Source: a bacterium
GTDB taxonomy: Bacteria; UBA8248
Reading direction: 5' to 3'
Assembly (NCBI GenBank): GCA_965218885.1
Contig: OZ244713.1
Location: 2,104,638 to 2,168,637, forward strand
DNA length: 64,000 nt
Shown here: positions 29,421 through 38,953 of the stretch, piece by piece
Layout: every line of letters begins with the position of its first letter
Position numbering within the stretch: the stretch's first letter is position 1
Position numbers and translations under genes: made by a program
The notes under the pieces: generated by a model
Told to the model about the DNA's origin: nothing
What the model saw: the letters and a program-made list of their open reading frames with translations, nothing else
Databases searched by the model: none

Positions 29421-30803
29421 ATGAGAAATAAAAATCGTTTCGCTCAGAAGGCTTTCACCGTTCTTCTCTCGTTCGCATTGATATTGCCCGGCTGCGGCGG
29501 CGGAGGCGGCGGCGGATCGTCTTTCCCCAGGCAGCCCGCCCTGATACCGGCTCAGGCGGTAAATGCGCCGGTCATTTATAGAAGAGATGGCGTCCAGATT
29601 GGCGGTGATGTCAGGCCGTCACGCCGCAGCTTGTCGCCGGCCGGAACGCACGGGGAGGTGTATGTATCAACTGGCCGCATAAGCGATGGAGAGAGTGCCG
29701 AGCGCGTACTTGATTTCATAGAAAAAATAGTGTTCTGGTATTCAAGTGATCCGGGAAAAAAATACTTGGAACTATTCGAAGGGACTCCAGTTGTCCGCAT
29801 TCGGGATACAACGCCGGACAGATATATCGATGATGTGATCCGTGTTGTGCAGCTTATGAATACCGCACTGCCCTACGATAAAAGAATCATTGTTTCCCCG
29901 GAGCGCGCCCCGCGTCCTGGCCTTGATGAATCATGGCCTAGTTACATTCCCGGCAAACATATATTCGTTGGCATCGAACCGCAAGGCTCGTGGCCTCCGG
30001 ATGAAATACCGCCAGTGCGTGTAGCAGGAGTTCAAGTAGGAGGCAGTTCGCTGGGCATCTATATCTGGCTCAATACGGACCTTCTAGACAATACAATTGA
30101 AATGAGGAAGGTCCTGGCTCACGAGCTTGGACATGCGATCGGTTTACTGGATCATATCGAGCGGAGTGACTACAACTCTATTATAAATATAGATTATCGG
30201 GACATTTTCATTCCGGCGCATATCCTTCATCAGATTGATACGGATGTGCTCTATGCACTTTACACTCGCTTCCTGGAACAATACGGAGACAGCCTGTACG
30301 ACCCTGACAAGCTAGGCCCGTGGACGGACGTATCCTTTCACCTGCGCGGCGATATGGATGACGTATCGTTCGGAGCCTCGTCGAGGAACGGGCTTATTCA
30401 GCCCTGGGCGCACGGTCAAAGCCCTGAAACGAATCTGGCGGATAATCAGTCGCTATTGGGAAGCGCAAGCTGGGCAGGCAGGCTCCTGGGGTTCACTTCC
30501 GAATCGGAATCGCTCGCAGGCGCTACGGATCTGACCATCAACCTCTCAACGCTCAGGGGCCGGATTGACTTTACCGGCCTCGAGCATTGGGGCGTGAACG
30601 CGACGCCGGGGCCTGCAGGCTCAGGAACGATGTGGAACGACGGCGACCTGCGGTACAGCGTCATCGTCCGGGGCAATACGTTCAATCAAACTGGCGGCGA
30701 TGCCGGAGAGGTTACGGGCGCGTTCTTTGGAGCACGGCACGAAGGAATGGGCGGTGTCGTCGAGAGGAGCGATATGTCCGCCGGATTCGGCGGAACCCGA
30801 TAG
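29421..30803 (+). CDS. Lipoprotein zinc metallopeptidase (HExxH).
   Basis: It has a lipobox (LILPGC) followed by a Gly-rich linker, and an HELGHAIGLLDH zincin motif. It sits in a local lower-GC region. Confidence 0.6.
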   Translation: MRNKNRFAQKAFTVLLSFALILPGCGGGGGGGSSFPRQPALIPAQAVNAPVIYRRDGVQIGGDVRPSRRSLSPAGTHGEVYVSTGRISDGESAERVLDFIEKIVFWYSSDPGKKYLELFEGTPVVRIRDTTPDRYIDDVIRVVQLMNTALPYDKRIIVSPERAPRPGLDESWPSYIPGKHIFVGIEPQGSWPPDEIPPVRVAGVQVGGSSLGIYIWLNTDLLDNTIEMRKVLAHELGHAIGLLDHIERSDYNSIINIDYRDIFIPAHILHQIDTDVLYALYTRFLEQYGDSLYDPDKLGPWTDVSFHLRGDMDDVSFGASSRNGLIQPWAHGQSPETNLADNQSLLGSASWAGRLLGFTSESESLAGATDLTINLSTLRGRIDFTGLEHWGVNATPGPAGSGTMWNDGDLRYSVIVRGNTFNQTGGDAGEVTGAFFGARHEGMGGVVERSDMSAGFGGTR

Positions 30804-32084
30804 AAAAAGAAGAAAAGGCAAGAATGAAGGAGTAGGGATCGCGAAATATCAAGCTGATCTGTATCTTTTTTCCGCTCTAACAATTGAGTCTGGAGTTTGT
30901 CGACTCTTCCTGGCAATTCCTGAAGAATCACTCCCCTCGGTACTGACTCTCGCCCGCTTTCAGACGGTAGGGTATTTCCAACGGCTATGAAATACAGTTA
31001 TCCTGTTGATATTGGTAGGACAAGTTCATTGTTCCCGATCCCGGCTGGAATTCGCCTACCGAAGAATGTAATCAAAACGGAAACGAGGAAATTCTAACTC
31101 CTGCGCATCCCGGCGCGTCCGTGTCGGTAAGCGTTCGGACGGGCGTGATAGCAGCACCCGAGTAGCGATAGTTCGGTGTCATGTCAGAACGTACCTAGTC
31201 CGGCCAAATGCTATCGCCCCATACAAGTCGGCAGAATCTCTAAGCACTTGTGGTGCATAGCTAGTATTCTCATCTTAGCCATCATGTCGTTGAACCCGCC
31301 GTCAAGCTCGACCCAGCCGATACTGTGGTCCGCTCTATCACGGCACGAGCAAACGCTTACCTCCTGTCGGAGCGTTGTACAACGCTCCTCCAAAGTCCGA
31401 CCCGAAACGGCTTGCTCATGGTCATGTTCCAGTACTCCTCAACCGCCCGGATTACCGGGGAAGTTCGAATTTTAATTTTGTTACAACATTCCAGAGTCAA
31501 CCCTTCTACTATACATATAGCAGGGTCGTATGCATTTTGTGATTTTCGCCGGGAGGAGTCGTTGGAGGGTCGAAGCCGTTTGCGGCGACCCAGGCGCAGT
31601 CGGCATCGAAAAGACGTTCCTCTTTCTTGATGACGCTTCGCCGATGAAGAGTAGGGAAGACGGTTTTGGAATAATCGACGTTCGACGATTGAGAAGGGAT
31701 TCAGGGAATCGGGGTTCCCCCTCTTCCATGTTCGCCGTCCGCCCAGCCGGCCACGACCTCCTCCCCACCCGGACCTCCGCCATGAGCGGAGCGACGTCGC
31801 TGCACCTCGCCTTGAGCTTGTCGAGATGGCGGATGATCTTGACTGCGTCCGCCTCCTCTATCCCGCCTGCCACGGCGACGAGGGTTCCCTGCGGTCGCAG
31901 TCATGCGGGCCGAAAAATCACATTGACATCTCGGCCGCTCAAACCTATCCTTTTGATATAGGCGCAAGATAAGCGCATCGTTGGACCCACGGAATTAGAC
32001 CCCCGTTCGGGGGGAGGAGAAAGGAGCCGGAGAAGATTCGTCCCGCCGACATAAGAGCAGAAACTGTTCGAGAGGAGAGGAGTT

Positions 32085-32825
32085 ATGAAGAAGTGGCGCT
32101 CATCCTTGGTTCCCGTCGGTTTTCTCCTCACTTCTTTGCTCATCGTCACATTCCTTTTCCCCACCGAAACCAAGGCTTTTGAGCGGGATTCCAAATGGGA
32201 TTCCGTCTATTCGAAGGGTAGCCGGCTTTACCTGACACACTGCGCGGCCTGCCACGGGAAGGACGGCGAAGGAGGCGTGGGTCTCCCCCTGAACCTGCAA
32301 AGCTTCCTGTCCGTCGCACCCGAAGGGTACATCCGCCGCTCTATCTTCTACGGACGGTTGCCGCGTCATATGCTCCCGTTCGGGATTTTCCTGAAGAAAG
32401 AAGACATCGAAGCCATCGCCTCCTACGTGCGAAGCTGGCAGCTCCGCGACTATGCAGGGATCGATCAAAACCGGGTGGCGGGCTCCGTTTCCCGCGGAAA
32501 GCTCTTCTTCGACGGGATGTGCTCCGGTTGCCATGGGCGGGACGGCCTCGGCGGCCCCCATGTGGGTGGAGGGCACGTGACCAATGCCATGGCGGGTTAC
32601 GCCGGACCCGCCCTGAACAACCAGGGTTTTCTGAAATCCGCCACCGACGGCTACATCAAGGCGACGATGATGCAGGGCCGGGTCGGTACGCCGATGGGCG
32701 CCTACCTCAAAGGAAAGCAAGGGATGGTGGAACTGACCGAGGAAGAGATTAACGACATCGTCGCTTACATCCGCACCTGGGAAAAGCATGGTTCGGGACC
32801 TGTAGACCCATGGAGGGCCAAGTGA
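32085..32825 (+). CDS. Diheme c-type cytochrome (class I-like) with a signal peptide.
   Basis: It has two CxxCH motifs (CAACH and CSGCH). Its stop overlaps the next start (TGATG). Confidence 0.8.
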   Translation: MKKWRSSLVPVGFLLTSLLIVTFLFPTETKAFERDSKWDSVYSKGSRLYLTHCAACHGKDGEGGVGLPLNLQSFLSVAPEGYIRRSIFYGRLPRHMLPFGIFLKKEDIEAIASYVRSWQLRDYAGIDQNRVAGSVSRGKLFFDGMCSGCHGRDGLGGPHVGGGHVTNAMAGYAGPALNNQGFLKSATDGYIKATMMQGRVGTPMGAYLKGKQGMVELTEEEINDIVAYIRTWEKHGSGPVDPWRAK

Positions 32826-35461
32826 TGCCGAGGTTTAATCGCCGTACGTTTCTGCAGTCGTCCACTGCCCTGGCCACCGGACTCGCCATGGGCGGAACCC
32901 TGACCCGCGACAAGGAGTTGTTTCAACTCGTCGGAGCAGCGGAAGGCGCCCAGGACACGCGAAAGCTGGTCCCCACGCAATGCCCCTACTGCGGAGTGGG
33001 ATGCCACACCTACTACGTCGTCGAGAATGAAAAGATCGTGGCGTGCATTCCGGACAAGGACTCCCCCGTCAACCTGGGTCTGCAGTGCATCAAGGGTCTC
33101 ACGGCCGCGGAGGCCCTCTACGTCGACCGGTTGGACGAGATCCTGATACGCAAGGACATGTCCAACCCGCTGACCGGGCACGTCTCGAAGACGAAAGGGC
33201 GTTTCGATGACGATGTCTTCCGGGTCGGCACGTGGGAAGAAGGCATGGACATCGTCTCCAACATGGTCGTCGGGATCGTGAAGAAACACGGGGGAAACTC
33301 CGTCGGGATCTATCAGTCCGGCCAGTTGACCATGGAGGAGCAATGGCTGGACAACATCCTCTACAAGGGCGTTCTCCAGTCGAATACCATCGAGGCCAAC
33401 GCCCGGATGTGCATGACCTCGGCCGTGACGGGCTACATTCACAGCCTCGGAAGCGACCATCCACCGGGGAACTATTCCGATATCGAAGATGCCGACTTCA
33501 TCAATCACTGGGGCCATAACGCGCGCGGGTCGCACCCCGTCCTCTTCTGGCGCGTGGCCGCCACCAAGGAAAAACGGAACATCCCGACCATGGTGGTCGA
33601 CCCGCGCTATACCGGGACCATGGACGGCTATGCCCAGGTCAACCGCAACAACAGCCTCTCGATCACCATTCGCCCCAACGGCGATCTCTCCCTTCAGAAC
33701 GCCATCGCCCACACCCTGATGAAGGAGTTCCCCCAAGCCGTGGACGAGGCCTTCATCCGGCAGCACACGGACGGGTTCGACGATTACCGCGAGGGAATCA
33801 TGGCCCGGTACAGCCCGGAGCAGGTCATCGATCGAACGGGGATCGCCCCCTCCGTGGTCAGGCGGATCGCCTCGATCTGGGCGGACGCCACCCTGAAGGG
33901 TCGGCGGCGCAAGAAAGGCGGCGTCCTCTCTTTCTGGGGGATCGGGTACAACCAGTCGATCCATGGACAGCACCGCACCATCAACCTCATCAACCTCCAT
34001 CTGCTGACCGGAAACATCGGCCGGCCGGGAGCCGGCCCGTTCTCCATGACGGGACAGCCCAACGCCATGAGCGAGCGCCTCATGGGCGGCCTTACCGGAC
34101 GGCTTCCGTTCAACGAGGGCATCAAGAACACCGGGCACCGCCGGAAGATAAACGAGGCCTGGGGCCTCCCTCCGGGACGGCTCGACGTCACCGCCGCCGC
34201 CCCGAACAAGGGCATGACCATCGGCATGTTCGAGCGCGCCTTGAAGGGTGAAGTCAAGGTGATGCAGTTCGCCTACGCCACCCACGTGGATCTGCCGGAG
34301 GTGGAAACCCTCATCCGGCCCGCCATCACCAAGACGTTTACCTACATGGTGGAGGCCTACCGGCACGCCCCGAATCTTCTCTACGGCGATGTCATCTTCC
34401 CCGCCGCCACCCACGGGGAGAAAGGGGGGGTGTACCAGAACAGCGAGCGAAAGATGTACGTCACGGACAAGGCCATGGAGCCGCCCAGGAACTGCAGGCC
34501 CGATCTGGACGTCATCATCGACGAGGGCAAGTCCATCGCCAGGAAACTCGGCCTGGACGCGGAGAAGATCTTCCCCTATGAGAGGAAGGCGGATGGTTTC
34601 TATGACCCGGAGGAGGTCTATCGGGACATCTGCCGGGCCAGCAAGGGAACGGATGCGGATTTGACGGGAATCGTGGAGGTGGAAAAGCGGGACAAGCTCT
34701 CTCCCTATGAGCAGCTCCGAAAGCGCAAGGGGATATTTTATCCCGCCCCCACGTATGAGATCGCCAAAGAGGGAGGGGTCGCGCGCAAGTACATGGCGCA
34801 GGAGAAGGGCTGGAAGGACAAGCCCTACAGCGCCTTCCGCCGCAAGAACGGCAGGGCGAAGTTCAAGCTCACCGAGCAGGACTATTCACGCGCCAAGGAG
34901 CTGACGGATATCTTCGCGAAAGCGGGCAAAGACCCGAATTTCTTCGCCATGGACCATTACGACGTCCTGATCCAGATGCGCGACAACGGGTTGACGCCGG
35001 AACTTCCGGATTTCGACTACTACGGAAAAGCCATGGCGGAGATTCAGAAAGCCGACAAGTACCCGTTCTGGCTGAGCCTGGGAGTCGTCTTCGAGCACTT
35101 CCACACCACCAAGACGATCCGGGCGCCCACCACCCGCCGGCTGGTGCCGGAACAGTATCTCGAATTAAATCCCCGCGACGCTCGAAAACTGGGAATCGAA
35201 GACGGGGAATGGGTCCGGGTCGTAACGCCGCGGGGTAGTTACGAGGCGCGTGCCAGCATCGGCACGAAGAGCAAGGTCAAACCCGCGCGCAACAAGGTCA
35301 TGCCGGGGCAGCTGTTCTCCCCGTGGAACTTATCCGTCGCGGACAGCGCCGACCCGAAGAAGAACCGCTGGCTCGTCAACGCGGTCACGCACCGGGCCTT
35401 TGATCCGGTATCCGGCCAGGTGGACTTTAAGCACGTAAAAGCAAGGATCGAGAAGATATGA
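32825..35461 (+). CDS. napA: Periplasmic molybdopterin oxidoreductase catalytic subunit of the NapA (periplasmic nitrate reductase) family, with a Tat signal.
   Basis: It has a twin-arginine signal (RRTFLQSSTALATGLAMGG). The N-terminal 4Fe-4S site CPYCGVGC...VACIPD...LQCIKG parallels NapA CRFCGTGC...VACQGD...LNCIKG. CMTSAVTGY aligns with the NapA Mo-ligand Cys segment CMASAVVGF. LLTGNIGRPGAGPFSMTGQPNA matches NapA [22 protein letters not shown]. The C-terminal VFEHFHTT is like NapA VLEHWHTG. Confidence 0.7.
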   Translation: MPRFNRRTFLQSSTALATGLAMGGTLTRDKELFQLVGAAEGAQDTRKLVPTQCPYCGVGCHTYYVVENEKIVACIPDKDSPVNLGLQCIKGLTAAEALYVDRLDEILIRKDMSNPLTGHVSKTKGRFDDDVFRVGTWEEGMDIVSNMVVGIVKKHGGNSVGIYQSGQLTMEEQWLDNILYKGVLQSNTIEANARMCMTSAVTGYIHSLGSDHPPGNYSDIEDADFINHWGHNARGSHPVLFWRVAATKEKRNIPTMVVDPRYTGTMDGYAQVNRNNSLSITIRPNGDLSLQNAIAHTLMKEFPQAVDEAFIRQHTDGFDDYREGIMARYSPEQVIDRTGIAPSVVRRIASIWADATLKGRRRKKGGVLSFWGIGYNQSIHGQHRTINLINLHLLTGNIGRPGAGPFSMTGQPNAMSERLMGGLTGRLPFNEGIKNTGHRRKINEAWGLPPGRLDVTAAAPNKGMTIGMFERALKGEVKVMQFAYATHVDLPEVETLIRPAITKTFTYMVEAYRHAPNLLYGDVIFPAATHGEKGGVYQNSERKMYVTDKAMEPPRNCRPDLDVIIDEGKSIARKLGLDAEKIFPYERKADGFYDPEEVYRDICRASKGTDADLTGIVEVEKRDKLSPYEQLRKRKGIFYPAPTYEIAKEGGVARKYMAQEKGWKDKPYSAFRRKNGRAKFKLTEQDYSRAKELTDIFAKAGKDPNFFAMDHYDVLIQMRDNGLTPELPDFDYYGKAMAEIQKADKYPFWLSLGVVFEHFHTTKTIRAPTTRRLVPEQYLELNPRDARKLGIEDGEWVRVVTPRGSYEARASIGTKSKVKPARNKVMPGQLFSPWNLSVADSADPKKNRWLVNAVTHRAFDPVSGQVDFKHVKARIEKI

Positions 35462-35542
35462 ATCCTCGATGAAACGAGAGGGATGGGGAGGGGACTCTCG
35501 CCTTCCTCATCTTTCCGGGCTTGGAGTTTTGGAGGTGGGAGA

Positions 35543-36133
35543 ATGGGCCTAAACAGACGGAGGTTCCTTCTTGCGGGGGCGCTGGCGCTATCCGGCGTCG
35601 CCTCCTGGGTCGCGGCCGGGCGGAGGGGTTTCGCGAGTTCCAAAACGCGTTTTCGCCGTCTCCTTCGCCCGCCCGGGGCTCTGAGCGAGCAGGATTTCCT
35701 CGATCGGTGCATTCGCTGCGCGAGGTGCGCCGCCGTCTGTCCGAACACCGCCATTCAGATGGCCGGGTTCGGGGAGGGCCTTCGAAACCTCAACACACCC
35801 TACATCGTCCCCCGCGAACAGGCTTGCATGCTTTGTATGAAGTGCACCGAAGTCTGCCCGACGGGGGCCTTGACCCAAATCGCCCCGGACGACGACTCCG
35901 TCCGCACTCAGGTCAAGATGGGACGCGCGGTGGTGGATCAATCCATGTGCTACTCGTACCAGAAGCGCACCTGCGGGGTGTGCATTCGCGCCTGTCCTTT
36001 TCCCGGGGTGGCCATGAAGACCGGAATGTACGAGCAGCCCATCGTGACGGACGCCTGCGTGGGTTGCGGGCTCTGCGAGCGCGCCTGCATCCACGTTCCG
36101 CAGGCGATCCGGATCGTCCCGGTGGAGTCCTGA
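35543..36133 (+). CDS. napG: NapG/MauM-family periplasmic ferredoxin (4x[4Fe-4S]) with a Tat signal.
   Basis: It has RRRFLLAGALALSG and the NapG-signature LRPPGALSEQDFLDRCIRCARCAAVCP. Four Cys clusters are present. Confidence 0.75.
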   Translation: MGLNRRRFLLAGALALSGVASWVAAGRRGFASSKTRFRRLLRPPGALSEQDFLDRCIRCARCAAVCPNTAIQMAGFGEGLRNLNTPYIVPREQACMLCMKCTEVCPTGALTQIAPDDDSVRTQVKMGRAVVDQSMCYSYQKRTCGVCIRACPFPGVAMKTGMYEQPIVTDACVGCGLCERACIHVPQAIRIVPVES

Positions 36134-36137
36134 TACC

Positions 36138-37661
36138 GTGGTTCGGTGGCTTCGAAGAGGGATTCAGTTGGGGGCCCTCGGTCTTCTCCTGGCCGTCCCC
36201 GCCCTCAATTACGGGGGGATCCTCTACCAGCAGTACGGCAAAAACGGGTACCACAAGATATCCCTGACGGGAACCGTTTTTGAACAATGGCTCTTCCACT
36301 TGTTTTCGGTCACGGTCGGGCGCCTGGCGGATCCCGCCGTCTGGTCGATGGACTGGGTGGGCAATTTCGGGTCGTTCTCCGTGTTCGGGTTCCCGATTCT
36401 CGATCCGGTGGTTGCGGCGGAGACCGTGATCCGCACCCCGGGCGCCTGGCTGGCTCTCCTGGCGGGGGCCGCGCTCCCGGTTGTTGTGGCCGTCGCCTTC
36501 GGGCGGATCTTCTGCGGGTGGGTCTGCCCGGTGAACACCCTCCTGGAGGGATTCGACCTCCTGAGACGGCGCGCGCTGCCGAAGATCGGCATCCGCCCGC
36601 CGGACCTCGTCGTTCCCCGGTGGGCCAAGTGGCTCCTGCTCTTCGTCGGGCTGAGCGCGGCGGTCGTCTTCGACATCGCCCTCTGGGCGAACCTCCTCCC
36701 CCACGTTCAGATCGGGCGGGACGTGTTCTCCCTCATGGTGTTCGGCGTCACCAACGGCGGCGTCCTGGTTTTCTCGGCGGTCATTCTGGCCGAACTGCTC
36801 CTCTCACGCCGGGCGTGGTGCCGCTCCCTTTGCCCGACCGGCGCGCTTCTGGGCTTCTTCGGCTCCCTGGCCCCCTTTCGGGTGCGAAAGGCCGAGCGTT
36901 CCTGCATCGATAATTGCACGGCCTGTGCGAGAGCCTGCCCCATGGGGGTCAATCCGGCGAAGCCGTTCTCCCTGGTCGAGTGTTACAACTGCGGGATCTG
37001 TACGACCGCGTGCCCCATCGACCTCCTGACCCTGGGATTCGCTCCCTCCCGCAGACGCTTTCCGGCCAGGCTCCTCTCGCGCCTGAGAAGGGGCGTCTCC
37101 TTGGGGTTGGGGGTGGCTTTGTTCCTGATCCCGGTCGCCGCTTCCGGCCACCATATGCGGGGAAAGCCCCACTACGGTTATGCAGAGAATTACCCCCAGA
37201 TCCCCACGCGCGAAACGCGCGTCCGGGTCGGCCGTTACGACATCACCGTGGTGAGCTATTTTTTCGAGGGGCTGCGCCGGCAAACTTCGGACACGCCGGA
37301 CGACGTGCAGTTCTACGTCAGCCTCACGGACTCTCGGACCGGCCAAAGCTACACGGGTCCCCTGACCATCGAGGTGCGCCGGGGGGAAACCCGGCTTGCG
37401 GTCTTCCAGCACGACCGGCCTCTCGAGGAAGCCGTGTACCGGGTCCGCCAGTCGGTGCCGGGAACGGGGCTTTATAACCTCAGGCTCGTCGCCGACGGGT
37501 TTCAGGGGTCCGTCTCGGTCGACGTCCGGGGCGATACCGTCTCCTGGATGCCGTACGCGGCATCGGGCGGGGTCCTGCTGTTCGTCTTACTCCTCTTTTT
37601 CCATCGCAGGCGAGCCCGGTCGGCCCGCCGAAGGAAGGCTCATGTGGCGCCTGGCGCGTAA
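36138..37661 (+). CDS. napH: NapH/MauN-family membrane polyferredoxin with an extra C-terminal FixH/CcoG-like periplasmic domain and a terminal TM anchor.
   Basis: GRIFCGWVCPVN and AWCRSLCPTGALLGF match the NapH CxxC motifs. There are two CxxCxxCxxxCP ferredoxin motifs. The protein is ~200 aa longer than canonical NapH and ends in a hydrophobic helix followed by RRRARSARRRK. Confidence 0.65.
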   Translation: MVRWLRRGIQLGALGLLLAVPALNYGGILYQQYGKNGYHKISLTGTVFEQWLFHLFSVTVGRLADPAVWSMDWVGNFGSFSVFGFPILDPVVAAETVIRTPGAWLALLAGAALPVVVAVAFGRIFCGWVCPVNTLLEGFDLLRRRALPKIGIRPPDLVVPRWAKWLLLFVGLSAAVVFDIALWANLLPHVQIGRDVFSLMVFGVTNGGVLVFSAVILAELLLSRRAWCRSLCPTGALLGFFGSLAPFRVRKAERSCIDNCTACARACPMGVNPAKPFSLVECYNCGICTTACPIDLLTLGFAPSRRRFPARLLSRLRRGVSLGLGVALFLIPVAASGHHMRGKPHYGYAENYPQIPTRETRVRVGRYDITVVSYFFEGLRRQTSDTPDDVQFYVSLTDSRTGQSYTGPLTIEVRRGETRLAVFQHDRPLEEAVYRVRQSVPGTGLYNLRLVADGFQGSVSVDVRGDTVSWMPYAASGGVLLFVLLLFFHRRRARSARRRKAHVAPGA

Positions 37662-37778
37662 GACAACCCAGACTCTCGCCGGCACGCCCTGGGCCCTTCG
37701 CCTAGTCGACTGGACCCTCGTGGAGTCGCTGAACGCCCTGGGGGCGCTGGCGGTCGCCGGCTGGTCTGAGGATGCGCG

Positions 37779-38357
37779 ATGAAGCCGATCGAATTCGACC
37801 GACGGACTTTCCTGCAAAAAGGGCCTTTCGCCTTTCTCCAGGCGGTCCTCTCCGGGTCTTCAACCGCTAGCGCCGATCCGCCCCGGCCGCCGCTCCGGCC
37901 GCCGGGCGCAGCACCGGAGGAGGAATTCCTCGAGCTGTGCTGTGGCGTCGGCGCGTGCGCGGAGGTCTGCCCGGCCGAAGCCATCCGGCTGGTCCCCGGG
38001 ACGGACGATTCAGGAGCCCTCCATCCGGTCATCGTCCCCCAGGAGGCCGCCTGTATCGTCTGTGAGGACCTCGCCTGTATGAAGGCCTGCCCGAGCGGCG
38101 CCCTCTCCCTGGTGTCCCGCGAGGAGATCCGGATCGGGCGCGCGCAGGTGAGCCCCGACCGCTGTCTCGTGTGGAGCGGGACGGACCCGGGCTGCGATTA
38201 TTGCGTGGACCGGTGCCCGCTCGGGACACAAGCCATCAGGTTCGAACGCGCCGGATCGGTTCGGGGTCCCGTAGTCGAGAAAGGGTGTATCGGGTGCGGC
38301 GTCTGTGAGTATTTCTGCCCGACGCAGCCTTCCGCCATTCGGGTGTACGGCTGCTGA
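37779..38357 (+). CDS. Second NapG/MauM-like Tat-dependent ferredoxin.
   Basis: It has RRTFLQKGPFAFL and LRPPGAAPEEEFLELCCGVGACAEVCP, plus further Cys clusters (CIVCEDLACMKACP, CDYCVDRCP, CIGCGVCEYFCP). Confidence 0.7.
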   Translation: MKPIEFDRRTFLQKGPFAFLQAVLSGSSTASADPPRPPLRPPGAAPEEEFLELCCGVGACAEVCPAEAIRLVPGTDDSGALHPVIVPQEAACIVCEDLACMKACPSGALSLVSREEIRIGRAQVSPDRCLVWSGTDPGCDYCVDRCPLGTQAIRFERAGSVRGPVVEKGCIGCGVCEYFCPTQPSAIRVYGC

Positions 38358-38953
38358 ATCCCGCCTGAAACCTCCGGTTCCGCCGGTTGCACGGCGGCGA
38401 ATGGATTGACGGAACAAAGTCCCCTGCCTTTCGATACGTAACGGAAAATTCCCGTACATTCTCGAATACATGGTTTCACTCCCGGCTTTTCGGGAGATGC
38501 CGGGAAGGTCTTTCTTCGCCCCTCGGCTTGAACAAGTTTGGGGGAGAATGGTAAATGCGGGAGGGGTATGATTTTGGGCCACAACGTTCTTTATGGAATC
38601 GAGCGTGCCTCGTCATGACGAATCTCGAATGCCGAAAGAACCCGACGAACCCCGCGCCACGCCCCCAGATCGATTGGGCCGAAAAAACCGACTCGCCCCG
38701 TCACCATACCCGCGCCCTCTCCCTGTCCCGCCGCCACAAATGCGGGGGAATGCGTCCCTCATATAGGGGTCGTCTCATGATGGTTCATTCCCGGTCGATG
38801 AGAAAAGTTCAATCCCGACCGAGAGGTGAGCGAGGAAAGCCTTCGATGTCGAGCCTTCGATTTCGTGGACAAATGACGCCCCGGCATGTAGATTGACGGT
38901 TCATCCATCGGTCCTCATTTTTTAGGATTCACTTCTTCATTCAGGAGTAAGCC

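Noticed and set aside
36224-37412. Several 150-200-aa ORFs on both strands inside the NapH-like gene.
   Set aside because: They overlap a gene with unmistakable NapH Cys motifs and are frame artefacts.
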